A DNA stretch of 64,000 nt from an uncultured archaeon. GTDB taxonomy: Archaea; Iainarchaeota; Iainarchaeia; Iainarchaeales; 1-14-0-10-31-34. Both the position numbers and the translations under genes were made by a program. Shown one piece after another: positions 1 through 10,004 of the stretch. Where the stretch lies: assembly GCA_964608675.1 (NCBI GenBank), contig CAZSOZ010000001.1:160001-224000 (forward strand), written 5' to 3'. How positions within the stretch are numbered: position 1 is the stretch's first letter; each line of letters starts with the position of its first letter. The notes below the pieces were generated by a model, which did not search any database, was not told the DNA's origin, and worked only from the letters and a program-made list of their open reading frames with translations.

Positions 1-1
1 A

Positions 2-862
2 AAAATCGTTCAAAAAGGATTGACTCAATTTAAGGAATTTGATTTAATTATAGTTGATTCAGCAGGAAGAAGTGCATTAGACAAAGAATTAGTTGAAGAA
101 ATAAAAGAAGTCAACCAAGAATTAAACCCTGATTTTACTTTCCTTGTATTAGGAGCAGACATAGGACAAATAGCAGGAAAACAAGCAAAAGCATTCCATG
201 AAAACGTTGGAGTAAACGGAGTAATACTAACAAAAATGGATGGAAGCGCAAAAGGAGGAGGAGCATTAATTGCCTGTTCAATTACAAAAGCACCTGTTTA
301 CTTTATTGGAACAGGAGAAAAAATGCAGGACTTAGAAGAATTTGATGCAACAAGATATTTAAGCAGAATAATGGGCTACGGCGATTTACAGGGACTGCTG
401 GAAAAAGTAAAAGAAGCAGGAATGGAAGAAGAAATTGATTTAGAAGAATTAATGAAAAAAGAATTCAATCTGGATATTTTTTACAAGCAGTTAAAAGCAG
501 CAAGAAAAATGGGGCCCTTAAATAAAGTAATGGATTTGATGGGATTAGGGCAACAGATTCCAAAAGAACAAATGGAATTAGGAGAAGAAAAACTAAATGC
601 ATTCAAAGTAATAATGGATTCAATGACAAAAAAAGAAAAATTAGAGCCTGAATTATTAAATCATTCAAGAATTAAAAGAATAGCAAAAGGTTCAGGAAAA
701 AAAGAAGAAGACGTAAGAGAATTAATAAAACACTACAAAAGAATGAAAAAAATGGTTAAACAAATGAAAAAATTTTCTGATCCGGAACAACTGCAAAAAA
801 AAGGAGCCATGGACAAATTAATGAAAAAATTCGGCAAACAAAAAAAAATAAAATTCAGGTAA
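2..862 (+). CDS. srp54: Signal recognition particle protein SRP54 (5'-truncated by window edge)
   Basis: DSAGR, TKMDGSAKGGGA and FIGTGEK GTPase motifs; M domain with SRIKRIAKGSG; frame open to the window start. Confidence 0.95.
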   Translation, partial: KIVQKGLTQFKEFDLIIVDSAGRSALDKELVEEIKEVNQELNPDFTFLVLGADIGQIAGKQAKAFHENVGVNGVILTKMDGSAKGGGALIACSITKAPVYFIGTGEKMQDLEEFDATRYLSRIMGYGDLQGLLEKVKEAGMEEEIDLEELMKKEFNLDIFYKQLKAARKMGPLNKVMDLMGLGQQIPKEQMELGEEKLNAFKVIMDSMTKKEKLEPELLNHSRIKRIAKGSGKKEEDVRELIKHYKRMKKMVKQMKKFSDPEQLQKKGAMDKLMKKFGKQKKIKFR

Positions 863-868
863 AAAAAA

Positions 869-1393
869 ATGAAAATAAATGTTGGTTCAGAAAATCCTGT
901 TAAAGTTCAGGCAGTAAAAAACGCTTTTAAAAAATATTTTAAAGAAGTGAAAATTAAAGGAAAAAAAACTGAATCAGAAGTAAGAGAACAGCCTTTAAAT
1001 TTAAATGAAATAATTAAAGGAGCCAAAAACAGGGCAAAAAAAAGTTTTTTTGACTGCAGTTATTCAGTGGGAATTGAATCCGGGTTAATGAAGTTTCCAT
1101 CAGAATCAGGTTACATGGAAATAACTATTGCAGTAATTTTTAACGGAAAAAAATTTTTTTTGGGAGCCAGTCCTTTATTTGAGTACCCAAAAAAAGCTGT
1201 CAGACTTTTAATTAAAGGAACTCATGATGTGAATACTGCTTTTGCTGAATTGTTTGGAAAACAAAAAGATTTAGGAAGAAAAAAAGGCGCCATAGGAGAA
1301 CTAACAAAAGGAAAACTAAACAGAACACAATTCACAGAATTAGCTGTATTAATGGCTTTAACAAAAATAGCAAGCAAAAAATTATTTGAATAA
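869..1393 (+). CDS. yjjX: Inosine/xanthosine triphosphatase (YjjX-like non-canonical purine NTPase)
   Basis: GSENPVKV, EQP, GAKNRA, VGIESG and GAIGELT motifs. Confidence 0.85.
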   Translation: MKINVGSENPVKVQAVKNAFKKYFKEVKIKGKKTESEVREQPLNLNEIIKGAKNRAKKSFFDCSYSVGIESGLMKFPSESGYMEITIAVIFNGKKFFLGASPLFEYPKKAVRLLIKGTHDVNTAFAELFGKQKDLGRKKGAIGELTKGKLNRTQFTELAVLMALTKIASKKLFE

Positions 1394-1399
1394 AAAATT

Positions 1400-2470
1400 T
1401 CATGATTTTTTAAATTTAACTTTTTTCCTGGTTTTTTGCATTTCTCTTGCAAGAGCATAAACATTAGCCAAAGAATAACCTGTTTTTTCAGCAATTTCTT
1501 TTGCAGTAAATTTTCCTTTATTTTGAGAAAGCATTCGGCCCAATTTTGCTTGTTTTGAATCCAAAAGAGAATGCCTCCAAACACCTATTTTATGAGAAAC
1601 ATTTTTTACTGTAGAAACATCCACTTTTTTTCTTTCAGCAATTTCTTTACGAGAAACTCCTTTTTTAACCAAGTCTTCAATTTCAGCCAAAGTTTTTTTT
1701 CTTTTCTTTTCACTTTTGTTATCAAGCCCTGCCTGACGGCTAATTTTGTTTATTGTAAAAAAAGACCTGCCTGTTCTTTCGGCTATTTGATTAAAAGAAA
1801 GACCGGATTGCTTAACCAAAAATTCAATTGTTTTTCTTTCTTTATTAGAAACTTTTGATCTGGCTTCACGGGAATTAAATAATCCTTCAGTTATGCCAAT
1901 TTGATAAACTGGATTAATGGAAACTCCATGCTTTTCTGCTATTTCTTTAACAGTCAAAGAAGAAAAACGCAAATCACTCAAAATAGCATTTCTTTTCTGA
2001 TCAGGCACCTTGCTTCTTCTTCCTCCATGCTTTCCCTTCCGCATGGTTTCCTCAAAAGAACGCAAATCCAAAAACCGATTAATTTCAGAAACAAATTTAA
2101 GAGACACCCTTATATTGCCCTCAAATTTTTTTGAGAGAAGTTCAGAAACCTCCAAAGCAATCTCTGTAAAAGACTTATTTCTTTCAACAAAAATTTTATT
2201 TGCCACAAACAAAGCAATTAAAGGATTATAAGCAAACGAACTCCCTGGCTTAATTTTTTTCTTCAAAGGATAATACCTGCCCCACAAAAAAATTGTTTTG
2301 TTTTCAGGCAAAACAGAAAAAGAAAAAAACTTTTTCCAGTTAACTAATTTGCTGTTCTTTTTCACAGAATCAATTAAATCCAGCATCTGCTTAGAAACAA
2401 GCTTCTTTTTTTTAGATTTTGGTTTTCGGCCGGCTGGCTTTCCTGCCGGTTTCTTTGGATTTTTAGGCAT
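1400..2470 (-). CDS. Basic orphan protein with four tandem helix-turn-helix repeats
   Basis: K-rich leader MPKNPKKPAGKPAGRKPKSKKKK; HTH-like repeats TVKEIAEKHGVS, SFNQIAERTGRS, SRKEIAERKKVD, TAKEIAEKTGYS. Confidence 0.7.
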   Translation of the reverse strand: MPKNPKKPAGKPAGRKPKSKKKKLVSKQMLDLIDSVKKNSKLVNWKKFFSFSVLPENKTIFLWGRYYPLKKKIKPGSSFAYNPLIALFVANKIFVERNKSFTEIALEVSELLSKKFEGNIRVSLKFVSEINRFLDLRSFEETMRKGKHGGRRSKVPDQKRNAILSDLRFSSLTVKEIAEKHGVSINPVYQIGITEGLFNSREARSKVSNKERKTIEFLVKQSGLSFNQIAERTGRSFFTINKISRQAGLDNKSEKKRKKTLAEIEDLVKKGVSRKEIAERKKVDVSTVKNVSHKIGVWRHSLLDSKQAKLGRMLSQNKGKFTAKEIAEKTGYSLANVYALAREMQKTRKKVKFKKS

Positions 2471-2524
2471 AAATAAAAAACAGAGTTAAAAATATTTAAT
2501 TGTTTTTGTATTCTTTTATATTGA

Positions 2525-3364
2525 ATGATTTTATTGATAAGGGAAATAGTTGTTTTAATTGGAAGTTTTCTGGCAGCATACACTGACTTTAAAACAGGAT
2601 ACATTTACGACAAAATCACTTACCCAATGATTGCAACAGGAATTTTTTTAAATTTGTTTGAATTAGGAAAACAAATTTCAATTGAACGGTTTCTGGAATT
2701 ATTTGGAGTAGGAATTGCATTCTTTGTTTTAGGGTACGGAATGTACTGGCTTGGAAAAGTAGGAGGAGGAGACGTAAAACTGTTTACAGGAATTGGATTG
2801 CTTCTGCCTTTTTTTGGAAAATTTTTTCCTTTGAATATTTTTGCTTTAAATTCATTAATTTGGGCAGGAATAAGTTCACTGGCTTTTTACGGAACATACT
2901 ATATTATAAAATATGCAAAAAAAGGAATTGATTTGAATGAAAACAAAAAAGGAATAAAAAAAGCAGGAGGTCTCACAATATTAATTGGCTTTTATTTTTT
3001 TTTGGTTTATTCAGCAGGACTAGAAAAACTTATTTTTATTTTAATGATTCCCTTAAGCATTTCATTGATTTTTATTGCATTAGAAAAAGGAATAAAAAAA
3101 GAATTTTTTCTTAAAAAAATTCCTGTAAAAGAAATAGAAGAAGACGAAGTTATTGCAGTTGAATTTGAAGACAAAAAAGTATTAAAAGAACTGGCGCTTG
3201 GATTAAAAGGATTAATAGGAGAAAAAGAAAAAATAGAACTGAAAAAAAAAGGAATAACAGAAGTTCTTGTTTACAGGAATCTCCCAAAATTCGGGCCCTT
3301 TATTTTTATAGGAGTATTAATTAACCTTGTTTTTCCTGATTTGCTGATTAACTTATTTTTGTAG
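2525..3364 (+). CDS. Prepilin/prearchaellin peptidase (A24 family)
   Basis: AAYTDFKTG and GGGDVKL catalytic Asp motifs; multiple TM helices; C-terminal PKFGPFI. Confidence 0.85.
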   Translation: MILLIREIVVLIGSFLAAYTDFKTGYIYDKITYPMIATGIFLNLFELGKQISIERFLELFGVGIAFFVLGYGMYWLGKVGGGDVKLFTGIGLLLPFFGKFFPLNIFALNSLIWAGISSLAFYGTYYIIKYAKKGIDLNENKKGIKKAGGLTILIGFYFFLVYSAGLEKLIFILMIPLSISLIFIALEKGIKKEFFLKKIPVKEIEEDEVIAVEFEDKKVLKELALGLKGLIGEKEKIELKKKGITEVLVYRNLPKFGPFIFIGVLINLVFPDLLINLFL

Positions 3365-3517
3365 TTTGGGAAGAACCAAAAAAGCAAAAACTCCGGATAA
3401 AATTAATGCAATCCAAAGAGTTTCAGCAGAAAGCATTCCAAAAACAAAAAGCAAAAAGAAAAAAAGAAGCAAAGCAATTAAAAGAAGTATAAGAATTTGT
3501 TTTTTATTGTAATTCAT
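3353..3517 (-). CDS. Small two-TM membrane protein (54 aa, not in ORF track)
   Basis: Hand translation MNYNKKQILILLLIALLLFFFLLFVFGMLSAETLWIALILSGVFAFLVLPKLQK; starts 5 nt after the rtcA stop. Confidence 0.55.
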   Translation of the reverse strand: MNYNKKQILILLLIALLLFFFLLFVFGMLSAETLWIALILSGVFAFLVLPKLQK

Positions 3518-3522
3518 TTTTT

Positions 3523-4590
3523 TCACTTTACTCCTGATTTAAAAGCAGTTCCTTCAACTGAAATTTCTGCAGGTTCATTTATTTTTCCTTTTACTTCAAA
3601 TTTTACATCCAAAAATTTTTCAACAACAGAAATGCTGTTTAAAGTATGATAAGTTAAAACAGAAGTTTCAAAAGTCGAATGCCCTTTAGCTAAAGCCATA
3701 AAAGGAATTAATTGATCAGATAAATGAGAATCAATTGGTTTGCCTGAATTAACTTCAAAAAAAAGGTTTTCAACAGCTTTTTCTGCAGTTTTTTTTGAAG
3801 AAAAATTTTTTTCCTGCAATGCTCCTGCACCTATTCTTGTTTTGTCTTTAAAATATGCAATTAAAGTTATTCCTGCGCCTTTTTCTTCTATTGCTTCATT
3901 AAATTCAATAACTGAATCCAAATCAGTTTCAGGAAATTTTTCCTGCAAAAACTTTTTTGCATAAATAAGAATGTTTTTTGATGCATCTTCAGGATAACCT
4001 GTTGAATGAACAAAAATTCTGATAAATTTTAATTCCCCCTGTTCAACTTTATAAAAAGGCTTTAAAGGCAGTTTAGAAAAAATTTTAGAAAAAGAAATTA
4101 AACCTTTTCCTTCAGGATAATAACCTCTTCTCTTTAATTCCAAAGAAAATTTTGCTCCCTTTCCAGAGATAAAAGGAAAAAAAACTTCTTTTGAATAATT
4201 AAAAGGAGGCGAAAAAGGAACGTCTGTTCCTCCAAAAAGCCTGAAAGAAATTTTTTTATCAGAAAAAGTTAAAGGAAGAGTTAAAGCCTGCAAAAGCAAA
4301 GTAATTGAACCAGCAGTCCCAATATTAACTGCATAATTTCCTTCTTTAATGCTTTCAGGATAAACAACAATTTTTTTTGAACCCAAAAAATTTCCTTTTA
4401 TTTTTGCTTCAGAGATTTTAGCTAAAGTGTTTACTCCGATTAAATGCTGTCTGGCAAGTCCTTTATTCGGGCGGTTGGCACGAATGTTAAAAATTAAAGC
4501 AGGTTTTTTTGTAATAAAAGACAAAGACAAGGCATTCCTCAAACACTGCCCTCCTGCACGCGCATCCACTTCAATTAAATTGTTTTCCAT
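3523..4590 (-). CDS. rtcA: RNA 3'-terminal phosphate cyclase
   Basis: GGQCLRNALSLS, IRANRPNKGLARQHL, GGTDVPFSP, RRGYYPEGKG, HLSDQL and catalytic His in TYHTLN. Confidence 0.92.
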   Translation of the reverse strand: MENNLIEVDARAGGQCLRNALSLSFITKKPALIFNIRANRPNKGLARQHLIGVNTLAKISEAKIKGNFLGSKKIVVYPESIKEGNYAVNIGTAGSITLLLQALTLPLTFSDKKISFRLFGGTDVPFSPPFNYSKEVFFPFISGKGAKFSLELKRRGYYPEGKGLISFSKIFSKLPLKPFYKVEQGELKFIRIFVHSTGYPEDASKNILIYAKKFLQEKFPETDLDSVIEFNEAIEEKGAGITLIAYFKDKTRIGAGALQEKNFSSKKTAEKAVENLFFEVNSGKPIDSHLSDQLIPFMALAKGHSTFETSVLTYHTLNSISVVEKFLDVKFEVKGKINEPAEISVEGTAFKSGVK

Positions 4591-4649
4591 TCAAAAATAA
4601 TGCAATAAAATTAATAATAAGCTTTTTATTTAATTTATTAAGTGAAAAA

Positions 4650-5540
4650 ATGAAGATTTTAATTACAGGTTCAAGCGGGTTCATAGGAAAAGAACTCGTA
4701 AAAGAACTAAGAAAACAAAAAAACGAAGTAATAGAATTTGATTTAATTAAAGGACAGAATTTATTAAACGAAAAAGATTTAATTTTATTAAAAGAAGCTG
4801 ATGCAGTAGTTCATCTTGCAGCAGAATTAGATGAAAAAAAACCATTAGAAGAATTAATTCAAGTGAATGTAAAAGGAACAGAAAAATTACTGGAAAAATG
4901 CGTTGAATTCAAAGTAAAAAAATTCATTTATTTAAGTACTGTTGGAATAATGGGAGACACAATAAAACAAGCAGACGAAAACACTAAACTTAATCCAAAA
5001 ACAAAATACGAAAAATCAAAAGCAAAAGCAGAACAAAAAGTAAACGAATTCCAGGAATTAATTCCAATAACAATAATCAGAAGCGCGTTGGTTTTAGGGC
5101 CAAACAAATACTGGAAAGAAATCATTCAATTAATCAAAAAAAATTTTCCTTTGATTGGAAGCGGAGAAAACAAGTTTCAGATAATTTACTATAAGGATTT
5201 AATTTCAGCAATAATTTTCTGCTTAAAAAAATTTGAAACAGAAAACGAAACATTCATTATAGCAGAAGAAAAAGGAAAAAAACTAATTACCGTGTATTCT
5301 TTAATACAAAAAGAACTCGGAATAAACAAAAAAATCAAAATAATTCCTGTTTTTCTTGCAAAAATTTTATTTTACTTCAAAAAAAATAAATTATTCAATC
5401 AAGCTTACATGAAAAGGCTTTTAAGAAACAGAGATTATTCAATTCAAAAAATAATTAAAGCAGGATGGAAACCTGAATACACTACAGAACAGGCAATAAA
5501 AGAAACAGTAATGCAAATAGAAAAAGAAAACAAAAACTAA
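4650..5540 (+). CDS. NAD-dependent epimerase/dehydratase (extended SDR)
   Basis: ITGSSGFIG Rossmann motif, VVHLAA, YEKSK. Confidence 0.88.
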   Translation: MKILITGSSGFIGKELVKELRKQKNEVIEFDLIKGQNLLNEKDLILLKEADAVVHLAAELDEKKPLEELIQVNVKGTEKLLEKCVEFKVKKFIYLSTVGIMGDTIKQADENTKLNPKTKYEKSKAKAEQKVNEFQELIPITIIRSALVLGPNKYWKEIIQLIKKNFPLIGSGENKFQIIYYKDLISAIIFCLKKFETENETFIIAEEKGKKLITVYSLIQKELGINKKIKIIPVFLAKILFYFKKNKLFNQAYMKRLLRNRDYSIQKIIKAGWKPEYTTEQAIKETVMQIEKENKN

Positions 5541-6322
5541 TGTTTTTTTCCGCCTTTCTCTGCAGCCAAAACAAATTCTTTCATTAACTTTAAGGCTTTA
5601 GATTTGTTTTTTTGAACGTTATCCACTGCAGTTCCAACATGAACAATTGACGCTCCAGCAGAAATCACTTGTTCAGCCATTTCAGGAGTTTTAACGCCTC
5701 CTGCAACAATTAAAGGAACATCAATCATAGAAGAAATAACTTTAATGTTTTCAGGAGGAACACAGCTTTCTGCACCTGAACCAGACTCCAAAATAATTAA
5801 ATGAGCTCCCATAAACTGTCCTGCCAAAGCAGCTGCTGCACCAACATAAGGAACTTCTCTTGGAATCAAATTAGCCTGTCCAATCCAACCAACAGCTCTT
5901 CCGGGTTCAAAAACAAGATAAGAAGTAGGAATTGTTTCCAAATTCATTTTTTTTACTGGAATAGAAGAAGCAATTTGAGCTCCTGAAATAAAATAAGGAT
6001 CCCTTGAATTAAGCATTGACATAAAATAAGCTGCATCAGCTTTAGGACTCAAAGTAGCAATATTGCCTGGAAACAAAATTACAGGCAGACAAGAATTTGC
6101 TTTAATTGCTTTAATAGTTTTATCAAGCATTGAACCTTGTGCTCCAATAGAACCTCCAACCGCAAAAGCGCTTATGCCTGCTTTTTCAGCCAAACCTGCA
6201 ATAATTCCTGCTTCTTCAGGAGACTGGTCAGGAGGATCAATAACCAAAAAAACCAAACCTTTTCTTTCTTTTATCTGCTTTAAAATATATTTATAGGTTT
6301 TCCCAAAAACTGGTTCAAACAT
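5537..6322 (-). CDS. Geranylgeranylglyceryl phosphate synthase (PcrB/GGGPS family)
   Basis: IDPPD, AVGGS, PVILFPGN, SMLNSRDPYF, LESGSGA, VAGGVK motifs. Confidence 0.9.
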   Translation of the reverse strand: MFEPVFGKTYKYILKQIKERKGLVFLVIDPPDQSPEEAGIIAGLAEKAGISAFAVGGSIGAQGSMLDKTIKAIKANSCLPVILFPGNIATLSPKADAAYFMSMLNSRDPYFISGAQIASSIPVKKMNLETIPTSYLVFEPGRAVGWIGQANLIPREVPYVGAAAALAGQFMGAHLIILESGSGAESCVPPENIKVISSMIDVPLIVAGGVKTPEMAEQVISAGASIVHVGTAVDNVQKNKSKALKLMKEFVLAAEKGGKKH

Positions 6323-6416
6323 TAAAAATCACTTTAAAAATTGAGAGAAAAAAGTATTTAAAACAGCCGTCAATCAAAAAGCTTTAATAAACATTCAAAA
6401 AAAAAGAAAAAAAACT

Positions 6417-6776
6417 TTATTTTTTCTTCTTTGACTTTCTTTTTCGCTTAACTGTTATCTCGCGATGATACAAGAGTTTTTGGTCGGTTGCGAAATCACC
6501 TGAATTAGCTTTCTTATTAGGCTGAAGTTTTGTTTTAAAAACTGAAGTGATTTTTCCTTTACTGACAAAATCAGGGTTTTTTTGTTTAAATGTTTTTCTT
6601 TCAATACTAATTTCTGTTTGAGGAGTATTCTTTTTTCCTTTACGCCAAGCAATGCTTAAATTCCTTTCTTTGCTTTCCGGAGAATCAAACTTTCTTCTTG
6701 ATACCGTAATCCTTGGTTTTTTTTTAGGAAAACTAAAAGTTTTATTTGAAATTCTTTTTTTTGGTTTAACAGGCAT
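6417..6776 (-). CDS. Very basic orphan protein
   Basis: 119-aa ORF MPVKPKKR...KRKRKSKKKK with GGTGA SD upstream. Confidence 0.6.
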   Translation of the reverse strand: MPVKPKKRISNKTFSFPKKKPRITVSRRKFDSPESKERNLSIAWRKGKKNTPQTEISIERKTFKQKNPDFVSKGKITSVFKTKLQPNKKANSGDFATDQKLLYHREITVKRKRKSKKKK

Positions 6777-6808
6777 TAAATCACCAAAATAAGTAATATT
6801 TTTAGCTA

Positions 6809-7462
6809 TTAAAAAACGTTTGCTTTTATGAATTTGAAGTTTTCTTTGTTTTCTTTTGTTCCTGAAACAATTTGTCCGTGACCAGGAAACAAGAATTCAA
6901 TTTCCAATTCAGAAAGCTTTTCAATTGACTGTTTGATGTCAAAAAAAGAACCAGACTCCAAGTCTGTTCTGCCTATAGTGTGATAAAACAAGGTATCCCC
7001 TGAAAAAAGCCATTTCTTTGAAGGCTCATAAAAACACAATGAACCTTTGGTGTGCCCTGGAGTAAAAATAACTCTTAAAGAATAAGGCGGAATGCTTATT
7101 AGCTGATTTTCATTTAAATAAGAATTGATTTTTGGAACAAAAGAATCTTCTTTTATTCTAGTGAATTCAGGGTTTTCCTGCTTCAAATGTTTTGCATCAA
7201 ATTTACTTAAAAAAATTTGTGCTTTTTCATAAATTTTATCTGCCTGAAAATGATCATAATGGCCATGAGTATGCAAAATTAAATCAATTTTGTCTGCAGT
7301 CAAATTTAATTCATTTAAAAAATTTAAATGAGCCTGCATTGCTGTATTTGTTCCTGAATCAATTAAAACGTTTTTGTTTTTACCTTTAATCAAATAAGCG
7401 TTGCAGGATAAATCACTTGTTTTAAACAAAAAAACTTTTGCAGCAGGATTAATTAAAGGCAT
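6809..7462 (-). CDS. Metallo-beta-lactamase fold hydrolase
   Basis: THGHYDH, TPGHTKGS, LFSGDTLF, PGHG. Confidence 0.9.
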   Translation of the reverse strand: MPLINPAAKVFLFKTSDLSCNAYLIKGKNKNVLIDSGTNTAMQAHLNFLNELNLTADKIDLILHTHGHYDHFQADKIYEKAQIFLSKFDAKHLKQENPEFTRIKEDSFVPKINSYLNENQLISIPPYSLRVIFTPGHTKGSLCFYEPSKKWLFSGDTLFYHTIGRTDLESGSFFDIKQSIEKLSELEIEFLFPGHGQIVSGTKENKENFKFIKANVF

Positions 7463-7515
7463 AACAAAAAAAAAGAATGAAAGGAAATTAAAAGATTTCC
7501 CAAACTTAATCTGGT

Positions 7516-8760
7516 ATGCATGAATTAAAAGAAAAAATACTTGCTTCAGGAAAATTAAGCGAAAAAAAATTAGAGGAAAAAATAAAGGAAAAAACAGAAA
7601 AGTTTTCAGGAATGCTTAATCAGGAAGCCGCCTTGTTTTTGATTGCAAGAGAACTGGGAACAGGCATAGAAAAAAAATTAATAAAAATTTCAGAAATAGA
7701 AAAAGGAAAAACTGCAAGCATAAAAGCAGAAATTCTTGCAGTTTACCCTGAAAGAGAATTTGAATCAAAAGGAAAAAAAGGAAAAGTAAAAAACGTTTTA
7801 ATAAAAGATGAAACCGGAACCGCTTACCTTGTTTTATGGAATTCAGAAACAGAAAAAATAAAAGAAGAAGACAAAGGAAAAGAAATAGAATTAAATGAAT
7901 TCATTTCAGATGAATTCAATGGAAGAATTCAATTAAAAAAAGGTTTCAGAGGAGAAATGCAATTAAAAGAAAAAACAAGAAAAATAAAAGAAAAACCAAA
8001 AAAAATTTCTGAAATAAAAGAAGGAGAAAAAGGAATTGTTTTTGAAGGAATTGTGTTAAGGAAGTTTCCATTAAAGGAATTTGAGTCAAAAGAAAGAAAA
8101 GGAATGCTTAAAAGAATTGAATTAATTGATGAAACCGGAATAATAAATCTTATTTTATGGAACGAAAAAGCACAAGAAAAAATCAAAGAAGGAAAAACAA
8201 TTCAATTAAATGAACTGAATGCAAGGAAAAGACTTAAAGGAATTGAACTGCATTCAACTGAAAACACTGAAATACAGGAAAAAGAAGGAAAAGAAAAAGA
8301 ATTGAAAGAATTATGCATTAAAGTATTAGGAAAAAAAGAATTAAACAAAGTAGTTGAAGGACAAAGGTTTATTGCAGAAGGAAAAATAAAAGAATTAAAT
8401 AAAACAAAATTATTGTTTAATGTTTGTCCTGAATGCAGTAAAAGCCTTAAAGAAGAAAAAAATTCTTTTTTCTGCAATAACTGCGGACAGGTCCTTAAAC
8501 CAGAAAAAAAACTTGTTGTTTCATTTGTTTTAGAGGATGAAACCGGAGAAATAAATTCAATTGTTTACGGAAAAAAAGCAGAAAAAATAATTGAACAATC
8601 AACAGAACAAACAATACAAGAAAACGAAGAAAAATTAGTGGAAGACATTCTTCAGGAAATACACCAAAAAATAAAAGGAAAAAAAATCAATTTTCTGGCA
8701 AAAGCAAAAAAGAATTCGTTTACAGGAGAAACCGAACTGGTTTTAGAAAAACTAATTTAA
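7516..8760 (+). CDS. rpa: Replication protein A / OB-fold ssDNA-binding protein with zinc finger
   Basis: Three DETG OB-fold motifs; CPEC...CNNC zinc ribbon. Confidence 0.85.
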   Translation: MHELKEKILASGKLSEKKLEEKIKEKTEKFSGMLNQEAALFLIARELGTGIEKKLIKISEIEKGKTASIKAEILAVYPEREFESKGKKGKVKNVLIKDETGTAYLVLWNSETEKIKEEDKGKEIELNEFISDEFNGRIQLKKGFRGEMQLKEKTRKIKEKPKKISEIKEGEKGIVFEGIVLRKFPLKEFESKERKGMLKRIELIDETGIINLILWNEKAQEKIKEGKTIQLNELNARKRLKGIELHSTENTEIQEKEGKEKELKELCIKVLGKKELNKVVEGQRFIAEGKIKELNKTKLLFNVCPECSKSLKEEKNSFFCNNCGQVLKPEKKLVVSFVLEDETGEINSIVYGKKAEKIIEQSTEQTIQENEEKLVEDILQEIHQKIKGKKINFLAKAKKNSFTGETELVLEKLI

Positions 8761-9873
8761 TTCAATTAATTTTCCTTCAATTAATTCAAAGTTTCTGAAA
8801 ACAAAATTTCCGTCTTCTTCCTGAGTTCCCGCTGAATCCCATGCATACAAAAATTCATTGTATAATTCTGCTTCCTGTGAAACAATTATTGTAGGAATTT
8901 TTGTAATAGAATATTTTTCAATTAATTTTTGGCCTTCAAAAGAAGAAACATTCAATGTTTTGTCTTCAATTACTTTCAAACGCATTTGGCTGATTAATAG
9001 TTCAACCAAAACATTTGAATCAATGCAGTCAAAACAATTTTCGTCAACCAATCTTGTAATTTTCACTAAACCTTTTATTTCTCCTGAATCCAAATCAACA
9101 AAAGGAACGGCTTCCTCATAAATTAAAGCGTTTTCTTCATCATAGCCTCCGCCCTGAATCCAAATATAATAAAAGTACTCATATTCTAAAACATCCCCTG
9201 TTAAAATTACTGCAGGAATACTGGAAATAAAATAATAATCAATTAATTTCTGTGCTTCAGGAGAAGTATATTCAAGCGTTTTGTTTTGGTCAATAAAAAC
9301 ATTCAGGTCTTTAATGTAATCAATAAAAAGACTTAAGTCCTCGCATTCATTGCATGAAGAATCCTCAATTAAAAGAAAATTAATTAAACCTACAACCCTG
9401 TTTTCTTCAAGAGAAAAATAAGGAGGCTCAATATAAGTTAAAATAAGGACTCCGTTTTTTTCTTTTCCTATGTTTGGCCACAATTGTTGTAATTCTGTTC
9501 CCTGAAATTCTCCATTAACTATAAGAGAAGGCAGTTTTTTTATTTCATGCATTTTAATTAAATTTTGTCCTTCCTCTGAATTAGAATCAACTTCTTTTAC
9601 TTCCAAGACATTCAAATCAAATTCTGTTTTAATGGCTTCAACCAAAAAATCCAAAGAACTGCATTCCCTGCAGTCCGGCTTAATTAATTTAATTATTTTA
9701 ATAAAAGGATGCCTGTCTGTTTGATTTAAAATCTGATTTTGGTTTTCTGAGTCATTTAAATTATTGTTTGTGTTCTGCATAATCCAAAAAACAGAAACAG
9801 CAATCAAAAAAACAAGAACAACAACAGCAAAAAGCATCTGCTTTTTCGGAATCATCATATTCTGAGAAAACAT
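8752..9873 (-). CDS. Membrane-anchored protein with three thioredoxin-like CxxC repeats
   Basis: N-terminal TM; CREC, CNEC and CFDC, each followed by EGQ/EAQxLI..Y/H.I..IP/LP. Confidence 0.7.
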   Translation of the reverse strand: MFSQNMMIPKKQMLFAVVVLVFLIAVSVFWIMQNTNNNLNDSENQNQILNQTDRHPFIKIIKLIKPDCRECSSLDFLVEAIKTEFDLNVLEVKEVDSNSEEGQNLIKMHEIKKLPSLIVNGEFQGTELQQLWPNIGKEKNGVLILTYIEPPYFSLEENRVVGLINFLLIEDSSCNECEDLSLFIDYIKDLNVFIDQNKTLEYTSPEAQKLIDYYFISSIPAVILTGDVLEYEYFYYIWIQGGGYDEENALIYEEAVPFVDLDSGEIKGLVKITRLVDENCFDCIDSNVLVELLISQMRLKVIEDKTLNVSSFEGQKLIEKYSITKIPTIIVSQEAELYNEFLYAWDSAGTQEEDGNFVFRNFELIEGKLIELN

Positions 9874-10004
9874 AAACTAAATTAAATAAAAAAAGAAATA
9901 AAAAGAGAACCAAAAAACAACAAAAAAAAGTATGAATTTAAAGAGTTAGGTAAACAAAATATATTTAAAAATCTACATACTGCTTTTTTTTGTTTGGTGA
10001 TGAA

